From: Lama glama
Lineage: Eukaryota
Reading direction: 5' to 3'
NCBI GenBank assembly: GCA_028534125.1
Contig: CM052817.1
Coordinates: 40,364,001 to 40,428,000 of the forward strand
DNA length: 64,000 nt
Shown in pieces: positions 62,145-64,000 of this stretch. Under the pieces are notes generated by a model. The model was not told the DNA's origin. It was given only the letters and a program-made list of their open reading frames with translations, and made no database searches. Both the position numbers and the translations under genes were made by a program. Every line of letters starts with the position of its first letter. Within the stretch, counting starts at the first letter, position 1.

Positions 62145-63271
62145 GCTAGGAAAAATGATTTGCTACTTTCTTTTTCTGTATTGGAAACAAAATTGTTTTT
62201 CTAAGTTCCTCATTTCATTTAAAAGATGACTTTAGGGAATAGCTAAATTCAGAATAGAGCCAAATAATAGAGTATGATGGATTTTCCCTGAATTAAACAA
62301 GTAAAGAATTATCTGTTTAAAAACCCCTCACATTAGAACACAATGGCTTAAGCAAAGGAAAATCTAAAAGCTGTGCTGAAAGAAACATTTAAAGATTCAT
62401 ACTGAGAGGGTGAGGATTCTCTTAATCTGTGAATCTTATATCCACATCAGTAGGGAAACAGAGACTATGAATAATATTTAGACCACCATTTTCATCTTTG
62501 CAGAAATGAAAATCTGGGTAGTTTTCATGACTCATACTTTCAGGACATCATTTTAAATCCACATAGGAAAATCTTTGGGGGTGGTGAATTGTGCACAATA
62601 TTAGTGAATAACTGTTAGGTGGCACATCAATCAAAACCCAGCTGGTGAACAAAATGATGGTATCGTTTTTTTCAGTGCCTCATTGCAAGATGTAAAAACA
62701 TTTCCCTGAGCCACCAAGTGATTGTTCATATTAATCGAGATAAAACTAAAATAAGCTGCAGACAGAAGCCCCCACGTCACACCCATGCTCCCAGAGTCGG
62801 GACCGGCGAGAAAATCTGGAGAAAAGCCATGCAGCCCAGGTTTCCTTGACAACCGCTCCATAGAACCATGTTCAAAGATAAACTCCAACAAAGCAAGCGG
62901 GAAGACTAACTGATGAACAGACTCCCATGTCTAAGAGGGTCTTGCGATTTGATGGTATTCTGTGAACTATTTCTAAATTTAAATAGCAATTTAGGTGGCT
63001 GTGTGTTTTAAACCTCACTTCTCTCCTTTCACGGTTATTTTTTGTGGAATTCCCCGGTGTCTTTCTCAGTTCCAAAATAAGAAACTCCTTGTTAAAAAGG
63101 CTAACAGCCACAGTTACCACTTTGGAAAATCTAACCTAGAAGATAATTCTTTCTCATGTAAAACCAAAATCCCCACCAAAGGGGCAGCAGGTGAGCCAGG
63201 CAAAGGTGAGTGGCAAATGGGAGGGAGTTCTTGGAGATTTAATAACAACTCTTTAAAAGATTTCCTTGTGT

Positions 63272-63305
63272 ATCAGGATGGCCAAGTGGTCTAAGGCGTC
63301 AGACT
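63272..63305 (+). pseudogene. tRNA-Leu(CAA) 5'-half tailless retropseudogene
   Basis: ATCAGGATGGCCAAGTGGTCTAAGGCGTCAGACT matches GTCAGGATGGCCGAGTGGTCTAAGGCGCCAGACT (recalled tRNA-Leu-CAA 5' end) at 31/34. Flanked by direct repeats AAAAGATTTCCTTGTGT (63255-63271) and AAAAGATCTCCTTGTAT (63306-63322). Confidence 0.88.
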
Positions 63306-64000
63306 AAAAGATCTCCTTGTATGTGGGTGTGATGGATGCCTCGATGGTCCTGGCATACCACCAGACAACAGGAACTTAGTTCACAGCCCGAACTGTCACA
63401 GAAATGAAAGCACACACCAAGAAAGAGAAGGCGACTGTTCTAGTAGGTCAGCCTCTTTCCAGCTTGCTTGCAGAATGGAGATGTCTCAGCCAACAATTCC
63501 AGGTGCAGGAAGAAACCTGTATGCAAATGGTTGAACATTTGAAGAGGGGCGGGGACAGAGAAGCGATGAACAACAATGAGGACAAACCATCCAAAGGAAC
63601 CCAATATGTTGGAACCAAAGAAACCTTTGAGGTGTTTTAACAGTATTTCTGAGCCAAGTCTGGTCACCCAAAGAAGAGAGACCAGAAATGTAATTACTCC
63701 AACTCCGAGTGGTAAATACATAAACTAAAAAGCTGGAGAGGAAGCAAACCAGAGTGAAGACTTAAATTAATGGAAGTACTCTAAGAAATCACTTTCCTCT
63801 TTTCTTGTTTTCTCAATGATAGCTTAGATCCCTTTCCCCAAATGTGCAATTAGCTCAACAGAACGAAGCAAGGAGTGAAATTGCAGTGGACACCAGAGTG
63901 GATGAAGGCAGGCACAGAATTTGAGGACTGAAGGATAGTTGCTTTGCCGGTCACCTGTGTGGACCGTAATGAGGAAAATTTAATAGGTCCTTGAAATGCT

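Noticed and set aside
1..64000. CRISPR arrays, operons or other prokaryote-type systems; intact retroviral or transposase ORFs
   Set aside because: None seen. The sequence is mammalian throughout and all mobile elements are truncated or decayed.

Overview
Mammalian nuclear DNA, very probably camelid (alpaca/llama/camel), judged from seven copies of a tRNA-derived SINE that looks like Vic-1. The + strand carries the 3' half of the stearoyl-CoA desaturase 5 gene (SCD5): three canonical GT-AG coding exons (11165-11370, 41002-41234, 44738-44928) that splice in frame and contain the HRVHH and HNYHH histidine boxes. A ~1.3 kb 3'UTR with tandem AATAAA signals follows, then ~18 kb of intergenic DNA. 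The rest is mostly transposon debris (L1, L2, CR1, MIR, SINE, MaLR/ERV LTRs, hAT and Tigger elements) and microsatellites. Nearly all ORFs in the supplied track are chance ORFs or repeat-derived. Main observations: (1) a latent intronic homolog of the human SCD5B alternative last exon at ~24342-24546, with GG where human appears to have its acceptor AG, but with an in-frame CAG 12 nt downstream and a frame open to the homologous stop; (2) a 34-nt tRNA-Leu(CAA) 5'-half retrocopy with 17-bp TSDs and no poly(A) tail; (3) a palindrome made of two L1 3' ends; (4) a solo LTR with paired octamer sites; (5) a repeat-poor promoter/enhancer-like block in intron 3. Repeat family names, exon numbering and human comparisons are from memory, not from searches. 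I see no evidence of a wholly new multi-gene system.
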